Source: Mobula birostris
Taxonomy: Eukaryota
Reading direction: 5' to 3'
Assembly (NCBI RefSeq): GCF_030028105.1
Contig: NC_092379.1
Location: forward strand, 26,157,821 to 26,221,820
DNA length: 64,000 nucleotides
This document shows, piece by piece, positions 12,955-25,700 of the stretch. The position numbers and the translations under genes were made by a program. Numbering within the stretch: the first letter of the stretch is position 1; every line of letters starts with the position of its first letter. The notes under the pieces were generated by a model that was not told the origin of the DNA, did no database searches, and was given only the letters and a program-made list of their open reading frames with translations.

Positions 12955-15900
12955 GTGGGAATAGACAATAGACAATAGGTGCAGAAGTAGGCCATTCGAC
13001 CCTTCGAACCTGCACCGCCATTCACTGTGATCATGGCTGATCATCCACAATCAGTATCTCGTTCCTGCCTTCTCCCTATAACCCTTGAATCCGCTATCAT
13101 TAAGAGCTCTATCTAACACTTTCTTGAAAGCATCCAGAGAATCTGCCTCCACTGCTTTCTGAAGCAGAGCATTCCACAGATCCAGAGCTCTCTGGGTGAA
13201 AATCTTTTTTCCACAACTTCGTTTTAAATGCCATTCCCCGTGTTCTGAACTGGTGGCCTCTGGTTCTGGACTCCACCAACATCGAAAGCATGTTTCCTGC
13301 CTCTTACGTCTAATCCGTTAATACTATTATATGTTTCAATCATATCTCCTCTTATCCTTCTAAATTCCAGTGTATACAAGCCCAGGCGCTCCAATCTTTC
13401 AACATATGACAGTCCCGCTATCCCGGGAATTAACCTTGTGAACCTATGCTGCGCTCCCTGAATAGCACGGATGTCCTTTCTAGAATTTGGAGACCAAAAC
13501 TATACACAATACTCCAGGTGTGGTCCCTGTACAACTGCAGAAGGATATATTTGCACCTATAGTCGACTTCCCTTGTTATGAAAGCCAACATACCAATAGC
13601 TTTTGTCACTGCCTGCTGTACCTGCATGCTTACTTTCACTGACTGATGAACAAGAACACCTAAATCTCATTCTACTTGTCTTTTTCCTAAATTGACACCA
13701 TTCAAATGGTAATCTGTCTTCCTGTTCTTGCCACCAAGGTGGATATCCTCACATTTAACCACAATAAACTGCATCTGCCATGCATTTGCCCACTCACCCA
13801 ACCTGTCGAAGTCATCCTGCATTATCATAACATCCTCTGCACAATGCATACTCTCACACAGATTTGTGAAATCTGTAACTTTGTTAATGTTACATTTTAT
13901 CCCTTCATCTAAGTCATTAATGTGTGTAGCATATTGTTCCGGTTCCAGAACTGAGCCTTGTGGTACCCAACTAGTCACCGCCTGCCATTCTAAAAGGGAC
14001 CCGTTAATCCCTACATTTTGTTTCCAGTCTGCCAATCAGTTTTCTATGCATGTCAGTACCCTATCCCAAATGGCATCTGTTGTAATTTTACCCACTAATA
14101 TCCTATGTGTGACCTTTTCAAAGGTTTTCTGAAAATCTACTTACTCAAGTACCCTGAGGTGCAGACAATCAGGCCCTGGGGGTTTATCAGCCACAGTCCC
14201 ATCAGTCTGTCCAACACCAAATTCTGCCTAACGTGAATCTCCTTCAGTTCCTCCGTTATCCTAGGTCCTCCGGCCACTATTACATCCCTAGTGAAGACAG
14301 ATTCAAATTACCTGGTCAACGCGTCTGACACTTCCTTGTTCCCCATAATAAATTCAACCGTTTGTGTCCTCAAGGGCCCAACTTTGGTCTTATCGATTTT
14401 GTTTTCCCTCTTCACGTACCTAAAAAAGCTTGTAGTATCCTCCTAGATATTCTTGGCTAACTTGCCATCCTGGCTCATCTTTTCTCCCCGGATTGCATTT
14501 TTAGTTATCTTCTGTTGCTGTTTAAAAGCGCCCCAGACCTCTGGCTTCCCGCTCATCCGTGCTATGATATACCTTTTTCCCTTTTATTTTTATACTGTCA
14601 TTGACTTCCCTTGTCTCCCACCGTCGCCCCTCGCTCCCCTTAGAATCTTTCTTTCTCATTGGAATGAACTGATCCTGCACCTTCAGTATTATTCCCAGAA
14701 ATACCCGCCATTGTTGTTCCACTGTCATCTCTGCTAGGGTATCTTTCCAGACAACTTTGGCCAGCTCCTCCCTCATGGCTTCATAGTCGGAACTGACAAT
14801 TCCGATTCCCTTTCTTCCTCTCAAAATGTAGATTAAAACTTATCATATTATGGTCACTACCTCTTAATGGCTGCTTTACCTCGAAGTCCTTTATCAAATC
14901 CGGTTCATTACACAAAATTACATCAAGAGTAACATTCTTCCTGGTAGGTTCCAGTACAAACTGCTCTAAAAATCCATCTCGGAGGCAATCCATAAACTCC
15001 CTTCCTTGGGGTCCAGCACCAACATGATTTTGCCAGTCTGCCTGCATGTTGAAATCCCCCATAACAACCGTAGCATTAACTTTGCGACATGCCAATTTTA
15101 AGTCTTGATTCAACTTGCATCCTCTATTCAGACTACCGTTTGGGGGCCTGTAGATAACTCCCATTAGGGTCTTTTTGCCCTTTCATTTTCTCAGTTCTAT
15201 CCATATTGACTCTACATCTCCTGATTCTGTGTCGCCCTTCGCAAGGGACTGAATTTCATTCCTCACCAACAGAGCTACCCCATGTCCTCTGCCCACCTGT
15301 CTGTCCTTTCGATTGGATGCATATTCACTGAATATTCATTTCCCAGCCCTGGTCCTCATGTAGCCATGACTCTGTTATTCCCACAACATCATACATGCCA
15401 TTTTCCAACTGAGTCACATGGTCATCCACGTTATTTCTTATGCTTCGTGCATTCATATAGAATACTTTAAATCTATTACACCCCTCACCTTTTACATCAA
15501 TTCCTATTGCACTTGGTCATGCTCTCCGATCCCTTCCTGAACTTCCTGACCCGTTATTTTTGTTGTCTTTCTTAACTTTCCTTATTCCCTCTTTCTTTTT
15601 AATTCCATCTTTATATTACCTCTCAACCCCCCCACCCACCCACCCGCCACCTTGCTACTTAGTTCAAACACAGCCGTGTAGCAGTGGCAAACCTACTTGC
15701 CAAAATGCTGGTCCCCCGCCTGTTAAGGGTCAACACGTCACTTTTATACAGTTCAGCCTTACCCCAAAACAGATCCCACTGACCTAAGAATCTAAATCCC
15801 CGCTTCCCCGCACCAGCTCCTCAGCCGCACATTCAGATTCCGTACTTCTCTGTTGCTGGCCTCACCAGCACGAGAAACCGGATGCAAACCGGAGATAATT

Positions 15901-16450
15901 GTCCTGGAGTTCTTGCTTTTCAGCCTTCTTCCGAGTTCTGTGAAGTACCGCTGTTCAATGTCTTTCCTCCTCTTCCCGACATCATTTGTACCGACATGCA
16001 CTACCACTTCCGACTGTTCACCTTCACACTAAATCAGTTTACCTGTCATTACTTCACCACCTCTCATCCTCTCCAAACGTGGCGAAGTCTCCTCCATCAG
16101 CCTCCTCGCAGAAGACACTCGACAAAATGACTCGGACTTTTCCCACAAGGCACTTCCCTCCGCAGGGTCGCTCACCGACAGGCCGCTCCCCTAGAGCAAA
16201 CCTTGCTCATATTGACTGAGAAATTCACTAATTTGTTTCACTTGCCACACCTTTGCCGATCTTGCCGACCGTGTTGCAGACTGTTCCCGATCGTTTTTTA
16301 AATCACCTGCTCCTGAAAAGAGCAGAAAAAAAGGCTCCCAATGGCTTAACTTCACAGCCAATCGCCGCACTCACTCCTTCACTTGCCGCACCTTTGCCGA
16401 CTTTGAAGAAATATAACCAGAAGTCGTGTCTTAAGAGTGAAACGTCAAAC
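12955..16450 (-). mobile_element. CR1 LINE, near full length with internal deletions
   Basis: ORF1 esterase motif VVHVGTNDVG (15792-16007), endonuclease GVIYRPPN/VVMGDFN (14781-15164), RT VPQGSVL/INDLDEG (13667-14035), and an (atagaca) 3' tail at 12958. Confidence 0.9.
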
Positions 16451-16879
16451 GTTTCAAGGAAACATGAGAGAGAACCTCTTCAGTAAGAAGTAGTGAGGTT
16501 TTCTGATAAGCTGCCGGCGTACATGGTGCATGTAAACCCGATTGCAATGCTAAGCAAATTGTGGATAATGACACGGGGAGCTGTGGTTCCGGTTCAGGTC
16601 GCAACGACAAAGTAGTTTTTTGACTCTGTGACTTTATACGGTTTATAATTCTAAGGCCATGTGACATATGCCAATTAACCTAACATGCACCTGGCCACAT
16701 CTCGTTTTTAAAAGAGGGACATTTGTTTCAGAATATTGCTTCTAGATTTCCGTTCGGTATTCAAAGCTATTGTCCAACAGACATTTGCCAGAAGAGCCCC
16801 ACTGCTCGTTCTAAGTATACTACTGCAAAGTTGTAAAAAACGTTGCTGTACTTCTTAATCAGCAAACTACAGATGGACA

Positions 16880-17097
16880 TGATGCACGGCGTTTCACCAT
16901 GGCCATCATCGTTTTATCACGGGTGCCACCTAGAATTGTGTGCGGACTCGACTGTTGTACACTTGGTTCACAAACGACCACACGGTGAATGTCCTGGACT
17001 AAAAAAAAAAAAAAAAAATGTTGTCAAGTACGTCGAAGCCACGGTAATGGTGAAACTCATCACCAAATGTTATTAGACGGCCTATAGAGAGGAGGTG
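16880..17097 (+). mobile_element. Rex1/Babar-like LINE RT fragment, cut by the LTR element
   Basis: Degenerate codons for VVxLI...AYREEV end exactly at the LTR boundary 17098. Confidence 0.45.
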
Positions 17098-20000
17098 TGT
17101 TACGTAAACGGCAGCAAGGAATACCAATCGAGACAGGTTATATAAAAACAGCCAAACATTTATTAAACACTGATAAACGGTAAGGAAATTTAAAAAAAAA
17201 CGGAAACTTTAACCGGAAGTTAACCGATATGCAGCCGTTCAACAAATCAACACTCGACACTCGTTCTTAAAGCGTTAAATGCGAAAAAAGTTCTTAAAGC
17301 GATAAAGTCAGATATAGTCCTTAAAGCGATAAATTCGGAAGTCCAACAGATCGATACGTTCAATTGGGGAGAGACTTCTCTGGAGAAGGATTTCTTCACA
17401 GACGCGACATTCCTGTTGATTCTGTCCACAGAATCCACGTGGAGGTAAATAAACAGTTTAAACGAACTGACCTTAAATTCATTTAGAGAGAGAGAGAGAG
17501 CAAACTGAAGCATGAACTCCTTGCTCTTTTTGGCAAGAGTTATCCTTAATTCAGTTTCCTACTCTACTCCGCCAACAAAGACTCAATAAGGTCAATCCTT
17601 TGCTAAACTGCCAAACGATGCCGGCCCTACTCGATCCCTCGATCCTGCACTTCGATAAATTATTCACCCTCCCTTCTACTGTTGGAATTGAGTAAATCAA
17701 CACATCTCGCCAAAAAAATTCAGTTCAATAATATGGTATCTTGCAAGAGAACGCAAAACCGTTTTAAAAATGAAACTGCGTAACAAAAACAAACACGCAA
17801 CAGAAACGGAGATACAACACTTTCTACCTGGAAATCTATAAACTAAAAACCTACTGTGTCATCTGGGTCGACCCATATATAGTTAATGTGCACATGCCAT
17901 CAAGTGACCTCACATCGGCGGGAAAATCACATCAGGTGACCTCCAGAAGACCATTACACCATTCTCGGAAAAAAAAAACAGATCTCCTTGAGCATGTAAC
18001 ACCTCCCTCCAAAAAATGGTCTGTTAAAGAACAACATTTTCACCATTTATACAAACAATACAAATGTATGAAATTTACAAAATGCACAGTATATACAATA
18101 ATATCTTTCAGCCCTTTACAAACTATTGTACAGTAGGAGTGTTAAAATTTTAAAATATCACTCCAAGAAAGCAAGTTTTCATTGAACATTTAACATCTAG
18201 ACAAACAAACAGTGGTCACATTGTCTTTACCCTAATATGAGTGATCAAAATCTTGTACTTCTGTAACATTAGACTTTAATATTAAACTGAAGTCTAAGTT
18301 CTGCAACCCGTTTTCCTTAACAGTCACAGTGGCATGACCAAATTCATTTTTAGCTCAGTTAATAGTTAAGTCAGCTTTTGAAGGTCTCTCAGATTGTTTC
18401 CCCTGACAGTAATATGTGCTTTCCATGTACTATTCCCTGTAACCAAATCATCAATATAGGCATCTGTATCGTTTAATCCCTGAATCACGCTATTAATCAT
18501 CCTTTGAAAAGTACCTGGTTCATTCTTCATCCCAAATGGAAGAATATTATATCCATATAGCCCAGATGGGGTTACAAATTCTGAAATCGCTCTACCTCTA
18601 TCCGTCAATGGAACACACCAATAACCTTTTAACAAACCAATTTTTGTAAGGAATTTGACCTGTCCAAATTTATCCACACAATCATCTACCCTAGGGATTG
18701 GATATGCATCAATTTTTGTCAGAGCATTCACTTTTCTGTAATCCGTACAAAACCAATACTATTGTCTGGTTTAGGCACCATAAATTATGTTAAACTCGGA
18801 TTCGAATTAGTATGTCTAATAATATAATTCTCTAACATATACTTAATTTCTTGTTCAGCAAGTTCACATTTTTCCTTGTTCATTCGATACGGATGTTGTT
18901 TTATCGGTTTTGCATCTCTAACATTGACATCATCTGTATCTATGGTGGTTCTTCTAGGGACGTCTGGAAATAAATCTCTACACTTAATAAATAAATAAAT
19001 AAACAAATAGATAATTGTTTCATCTGCTCTCTCTGTAAATGAGGTATTTTTTTTCATCAATGTTTTCCAGAATGTTTAAATTTGGTAATCTGTCTGAAAT
19101 CATGTTGGGTTTATAATGACGTTCAAACGCATCCTCCAGTAAGTTTTCATCAAAATAAGACTCATTATCGATCACAACAGTCAGAGTAGTAACTTCTCTC
19201 TCATAATACGGTTTTATCATATTTATATGACACATCTGTGTTGTCTTTCTCCGATCTGGGGTCCTTACCACATAATCCACATCATTTACCTTAGATTTAA
19301 CCTCATAAGGACCATGGAATTTGGTTTGTAATGGGTTCGTTTGCACTGTAAAAAGAACCAAAACCTAATCTCCAGGCTGAAATGAACTCATCCTAGCTTC
19401 CTTATCATACCATATCTTCATCTTCCCTTGAGTTAACTTTAAATTTTCCTTGGCCAATCTACAAGCTTTATACAATCTTTCTTTAAATTTCGAAACATAT
19501 TCTAGCAAGTTAGTGTGTACTTCTTTATTAATCCACTGTTCCTTCAACACGACCAGAGGTTCTCGAACTCTATGCCAAAACACAAGTTCACAAGGACGAA
19601 AAACTAATGATTCCTGTACTGCCTCCCTTACTGCAAAAAGTAGTAAATGTATACCTTCATCCCAGTCATTTTCATTTTCTACACAATATGTCCTAATCAT
19701 AATTTTCAGTGTAGTATGAAATCTCTCCAAGTCTCCTTGTGATTCTGGATGATAGGCTAAGGAAATAATCTGTTTTGCTCCCAGTTTATAAACCATCTGC
19801 AGAAACAACGCAGACATAAAATTACTACCTTGACCTGATTGTATTTCCTTAGGCAACCCAAAATAAGTAAAGAATGTTATAAAAGCCTTTGTCACAGTTT
19901 TAGCTGTTATATTCCTAAGAGGTACTGCCTCTGGAAACCTAAAAGCTGTGCACATAATAGTCAATAAATGTTGATGTCCCGTTTTAGTTTTTGGAAAAGG

Positions 20001-23000
20001 ATCTATACAGCCTACAATGATATTTGAGAATGGATCACCAAATATAGGAATTGGCTGCAGTGGGGCCACTGGAGTAACCTGATTAGGTTTACCAACAATT
20101 TGACACGTTATGACACGTTCTACAAAATGTTGCCACATTTTATCTTAAACTAGGCCAATAAAAATGTTTAGAAACTTTGTTCATAGTTTTCTTTACACAT
20201 ATGTGACCACCAAAAGGAATATTATGAGCCATAGTCAAAATCTCACTTCGGTAAATTTTAGGAACATCTACCTGATGATTAACTTCCCATTCCTGACTAG
20301 CAGGAATTGTAGGCGATCTCCACTTTCTCATTAATACACCTTTTTCAAAATAATATCCAACTGGTACTTTTTTCAATTTCACTATCTGGAAGAGCTTGTA
20401 CTTTTAACTTAACTATCTCAGGATCTCTACCCTGCTCTGCTATCATCTCTTTCCGAGATAAAGACACATCTTCCTGATTAGACTTACCACCAAAATCCTG
20501 ACAAATAATGTAGGTAAGAATGTGTCTGATACATCCTCAAAATTCGAATCTTGATTTGAACTGTCATGGGTAACAACCTCATCCATTACATCAGTGTTTT
20601 TAGCCATAGCTTTTGTTACAACACAGAATCTGTGTTAGAATCCCTCTGTGGTTCCTCAGAATTTGAATTTATTGTTAAATGCACTTGAGGAAAAAAAAAT
20701 CTTGTCCACCTGCTAAATCATTCCTTAACAAAAGAGAATCATCATTCACAAGTAAACTGGATTGTAATCCTACTGTAATAACCCCTGTATCTAATCCTGA
20801 GCTTAAATTTATCTATGTAAATGTACTGGCATAAGGGCACTCCATACCCCTCTTATATAATTTACCTCACTAATGTCAGACTCATCACTAAACCTTAGTA
20901 ACTGTCTAATAATAGTGATTGCAGAGCTCCAGTATCTCTAAGTATTCTTATTGGTACTGAATTGGATCCTTCTTTCAAGGATACAAATCCTTCTGTTATA
21001 AAAGCTTCATATCCCTTCTTAATTGGTCAGACTCTGACACATCTTCATTAATATTTTCTAAACCCCGTGGCTTTACAGGTTTTTCAATATGCTGCACGTG
21101 AACATCTGGGACCACTTCTTACTTTTTCTGTGTCAATCGAAAGTAATTAGCTACTACATGTCCAGGTTTCTTAAAATCACTACAAATAATACCAAAATGT
21201 CTTTCCTTCACATGCTTACTTTTCTCACTAACATCAGATTTAATTTCTCGTTTACCTTGGCTCTCTGTGCTGTTTTACCTTTTAAAAAAATTACCTGGAA
21301 CAAATTTATACTTGTGAATGCAAACATACTTATCAGTCAATTTATAAATCTCCTGCAATGTAGCATTGTTCTGTTCATTTAAGTATGTTCTCAATTCAAC
21401 AGGAATGCCTCTTTTAAATTCCTCCTGTAAAATCATTTTTTTAAAATTTATTATACTCCCCATTAACATTTTTAGCGGAAACCCATCTCTCAAAACACAC
21501 AAAATTCTCACAGGCAAATTCCACATCAGTTTTTTTTTTTGTTTGTTTTTTTTTGTTTCCACCATTTTTTCAAACTTCCGAATCTTTCTCTATATGCTTC
21601 CGGAACCATCTCATATGCCTTTAATATGTTCTGCTTAACAATATCATAATCCAGTGCTGCACAGCCTTTCAGGTTGTATAAACTTGTTGTGCCTTGCCTT
21701 TAATCACACCTTGTAACATCACTGGCCATTAGTCTTTCGGCCACTTTAAACTCAGGGCAACTATTTCGAAATGTTGGAAATATGTGTCCACATACACAAC
21801 ACGCTGGAGGAACTCAGCATGTCCGGCAGCATCAGTAGGAAAGATCGGTCGACGTTTCGGGCCGGAACCATCCGTCAGGACTGTAGGAGGAAGGGACAGT
21901 GGCCCTACAAAGAAGGTGGGGGGGGGAGTGGGGGGGAAGGAGAAGGCTGGTAGGTTCCAGGTGAAGAACCAGTAAGAGGAAAGATAAAGGGGTGGCGAAT
22001 GGGACGCAGTGACATGATAGGCAGGAACGGTGAAGAAAGAATTGGGGAAAGCACAATGGGTAGTAGAGGGAGGCGGAACCGAAAGGGAGGTGGTAGGCAG
22101 CTGGGGCAGGGGCACAGTGACATAGGGATAGGGGAAGGAAGGGAGAGGAAATTACCGGAAGTTGGAGAATTCTATGTTCATACCAAGGAACTGGAGACGA
22201 CCTAGACGGCATATGAGGTGTTGCTACCTTTCCCATTGATGCTGCCCGACCTGTTGAGTTTCTCCAGCGTGTTGCGAGTGCTGCTTTGACCCCAGCACCT
22301 GCAGGTTATTTTGTGTTTATGTGTCCACAATAGCTTTATTGAACGGAGGAGCCAAAATAACCTGACGACTAGCAATAAACTGTTTCGTCGAAATAGAAGA
22401 CCGATTCCCATACCTTAATTTCTGCATCTCTAGCTCAAATTTCCTCTAGTTTTCATTTCCACTTTTCATCTTTCAAACTTTAACTATTCATGATGCAACT
22501 GCATTTCCAGATTACTCATTGGAAACTTATCTAACACCACAGCACCAAACAATACCAAATTAATATAGTGATCAACAGTTTTTCTTTGTATGATAGCCTT
22601 GGTAGAATTTCTCGTCATTCTTTTAATATCCAACTTCCTGGAAATCTCCGGTACCTCAGGTTTTCTCGCATTCTCTGAAGATCCGGAGTCAGGCGTTCCT
22701 AAAAAAAAACCGTTAATATCCATGGTTGCCCAATTTAACACACACACCAATCAAACAAAAAAAAACTGATATTAACCTTTTCCAAATCAAAATGGCAAGT
22801 GCCAGCACTTGAACTGAAAATCGGAACATTGCCCACGAGCCCCGACCGATTATGTTGCGTAAACGGCAACAATGAATATCAGTCGAGACATGTTATATGA
22901 ATACAAACAAACATTTATTAAACACGGAGAAACCATAAGGAAAAAAAAAAACGAAAACGTTAACCGGAAGTTAACCGATATGCAGCCGTTCAGCAAATCA

Positions 23001-23220
23001 ACACTCGGCACCTGTTCTTAAAGCGTTGAATGCGAAAACAGTTCTTAAAGCGATAAAGTCAGACATAGTCCTTAAACCGATAAGTTCGGAAGTCCAGCAG
23101 ATCTGTACGTCCAACTGGGGAGAGACTTTTCTGGAGAAGAATTTCTTCACAGACGTGACTTTCCTGCGATTCTGTCCACAGAATCCACGCACGCACACAG
23201 CCGAGTGATTGTTATTTTGA
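17098..23220 (-). mobile_element. Gmr1-like Ty3/Gypsy LTR retrotransposon (gag-PR-INT-RT order), decayed
   Basis: 3' LTR 17098-18001 (TG...CA), with a polypurine tract at 18002-18016. Partial 5' LTR 22853-~23200 matches it, with a tRNA-Pro-like primer site (cggggctcgt) beside it. Gag zinc-knuckle relic ~21145-21186, protease DTGA 20925-20936, integrase 20382-19365, GPY motif 19361-19020, RT with YIDD 19060-18366. Confidence 0.85.
21793..22317. mobile_element. Penelope-like non-autonomous insertion nested in the Gypsy gag region
   Basis: 12-bp target-site duplication tatgtgtccaca (21781-21792 and 22318-22329) and ~38-bp inverted ends. A related copy lies at 34900-35365. The family assignment is inferred. 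Confidence 0.6.
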
Positions 23221-23466
23221 ATTTCACCGGTCATAATTCTCTTGCCGTGTTAACGTATATTTCACAAATAAAATGAGATGGCAGTGATCTCAGGATCTCA
23301 CTGCAACATTGCAAAGAGCGGTGCGGTTACACCATTACAAAGTCTTCAGAGACGAAGGCGAGGGAAACTGCAATAGCTATTCTTTGTGGCGCGAAACCAC
23401 AATCAGAAACAGAATGCTCAAATATATCTAGCTGCAGCGATCAAAGTATCTATTCTACAGTAAGTG

Positions 23467-23505
23467 AATTTCTGTACGACCATTTAACTGGAATACATCA
23501 CTGTG
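23467..23505 (-). promoter_or_regulatory. 23-bp-spacer RSS of V1
   Basis: CACAGTG (23505-23499) + 23 nt + ACAGAAATT (23475-23467). Confidence 0.95.
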
Positions 23506-23815
23506 TGCCTTAGGGCACAGTAATAAACTGCAGAGTCGCTCAGTTGCAGCTTTGAGACGGTGACGCTGAATGTTTTTTTCCCCTTCTCCAGAGAGATTTT
23601 GAAGCGATTTTTCACAAATTCGGCAATATTGTCATCTCCACCAGAGCCTTTGTACAGTATGTACTCAAGACTTCGTTCTGGCCTTTGTCGGTAAAAATAT
23701 AAACGATAGCCGCCCAATGTAGTATCATAGGTGTAGTTAAAAGTCACAGACTCTTCTTCTGCTGTCTTCACTTCTCGTGGCATTGTGTGAGTGACAGAGT
23801 TTCCATGACTCGTAT
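23506..23815 (-). CDS. TCR alpha/delta-like V exon V1 (open frame, non-canonical C23Y and W41F)
   Basis: (D)TSHGNSVTHTMPREVKTAEEESVTFNYTYDTTLGGYRLYFYRQRPERSLEYILYKG...RFKISLEKGKKTFSVTVSKLQLSDSAVYYCALR. Ig V-set FR3 motif DSAVYYC; splices in frame to the leader. Confidence 0.9.
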
Positions 23816-23918
23816 CTAAAAAAAAATGTCAAAACATGAAATGTTATATTGAGATTTATTTATTTATTTTCAGAATTCAGTTTCGAGATCTCTTTTGAAT
23901 TGTCTGCTCCGTACAAAC

Positions 23919-23964
23919 CAGTTAACCAGGCTCCGCACACAATCCAGATGACGAATATCCACAT
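23919..23964 (-). CDS. TCR V gene V1: leader exon (MWIFVIWIVCGAWLT+G)
   Basis: ATG at 23964, 46-nt hydrophobic exon, phase-1 GT donor at 23918, and a 103-bp intron to the acceptor ttttttttag at 23816. Confidence 0.85.
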
Positions 23965-24584
23965 TATTTTTCTGAAGAATGCGTTGAGTGATTTTCTCCT
24001 CAGAAAAATGTCGCCAAGATTCAGAACGTTCCGATTCTACTGTTTAAGTGCTATAATGGACAGGAAATGAAAAGCGCCCAATGGGAACGCAGCCTCTTGA
24101 TACATGCTCCGCCTATTGCCCCAGACAGGTCCATGTACCTCAGGGAAATACCGTCACACCCCGTTCTCTGACTGAGACAGCCCTCTGTCGACATAAACCT
24201 GTCGGTCTCGAAAATACTTATTTCCTTGTTACAGTCGATCGACATGCCAAAGAGAAAGACGGTGGAAATTCTAAAAGACAGCATCTTGCAGACTTTCAGC
24301 AAAGTAGCGATAACGACAAGGGCAACTCTCCGTCGGAGGTCGGTTCCTGGGGCATATATTATAGATCATGTATCTCAGGATTTTCTATAGAGACAAACAA
24401 TGGTAAAATAATTTGACCACGTCACTTAAGAACTGCAGTTCTGTGTGAAGGAGCTATTGTCTGTATAAAAGTTTATGATTATCTCTCCCTCTCGGTTTCT
24501 ATCATTTCGCACCTGCCATTGCTGCTTCATTCTGTACGCATCGGTGTCTGTATCTGTATGTCTGTCTCTAACAGAACTCGTGCT

Positions 24585-24604
24585 CGCGCGCGCGCGCGCG
24601 CGCG

Positions 24605-24634
<30 letters not shown>
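24585..24634. repeat. (CG)10 followed by (TG)n alternating purine-pyrimidine tract
   Basis: Direct reading of the sequence. Confidence 0.95.
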
Positions 24635-24635
<1 letters not shown>

Positions 24636-25619
24636 TTCTGTGTCTTTGTGTGTGTGTTCACATCCTGACATTCATTCTTTCGCTATCTGATGATATTTCA
24701 GAGCAAATTGAGCTGAGCAACACCCAGGGTAGCGTTTTGAGTCTACCCGTCACGATAGGTTGAGTTTGACTGCGTGGAGATATACGGCGCAATACAACAT
24801 AGGGTCCCCTGAAATGTTTACAAGTAATCCTTCAAACTTTCTACACCTCGGTGTCAAAAATGCCCAGAAATTCTGGAGAGCATTGGACATATTGCAGCTG
24901 ATATATCGGATATATCTCAGGACTCTGAAAGAAAAGGAACATGCCCTTTCATGTGTGTATATTTCAATGTTTTGTCTGTCCGTTCTCAACCAATGATTTA
25001 GCTGAAACGACCAAACGTATTGTGGCAGGTGCGCTTCTCGCTCCTCCCTGATAAAAGACACCAGAACCTTCGACAACAGGAGTGCATTATCCCTACGGTA
25101 TAAAGATAGTCCATTTTTTTACAGAGTCACAGTGGGCAGCACAACCAAATTAATCTGTCAGGAGCACATAGAATAAATGTTGTGTAGTGTATAGGTATTA
25201 CTCCTTCACTTTCTCTCTTTCTCACTCAAACTCTCTCTCCCCCTCTAAACTTCTACCTGAGTCGATATCCCTGTATATCTTATAGTTTATTTATACTCCG
25301 TTTTTTTTTTTTTCTGTATCACTGTCGTTATCTTCCTACCTTCAGGACTCTGCTTTCCTCTAGCCATCACCATCTCTCGATTTTCTGTTATCCTTTCTAG
25401 TTCTTTGATATATGTGTTGTTTTGTTAATTTTCTCTTTTTTAATACAGATCGTCTCTTTTTCCAACCCCTTCGCTCCCTCACTCTTTGTTATTCTCTCAG
25501 TGCCTCTCATTTCAGCCATTTTGTCTACCTGTCGCTTTCTCCGTTTGCCTCGCTGTTTGCAACGTATCTGACTGTAATTTCTTCTTTCCATTATTTACCC
25601 TCTCTCTCCTCCTTTGCCT

Positions 25620-25621
<2 letters not shown>

Positions 25622-25663
<42 letters not shown>

Positions 25664-25700
25664 TCTCTCTCCCCACTCCCTCCCTCTCCATTATACTCTC
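25622..25700. repeat. (CT)n microsatellite; further CT/TCTA tracts at 26441-26490, 26578-26614 and 54260-54315
   Basis: Direct reading of the sequence. Confidence 0.9.
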
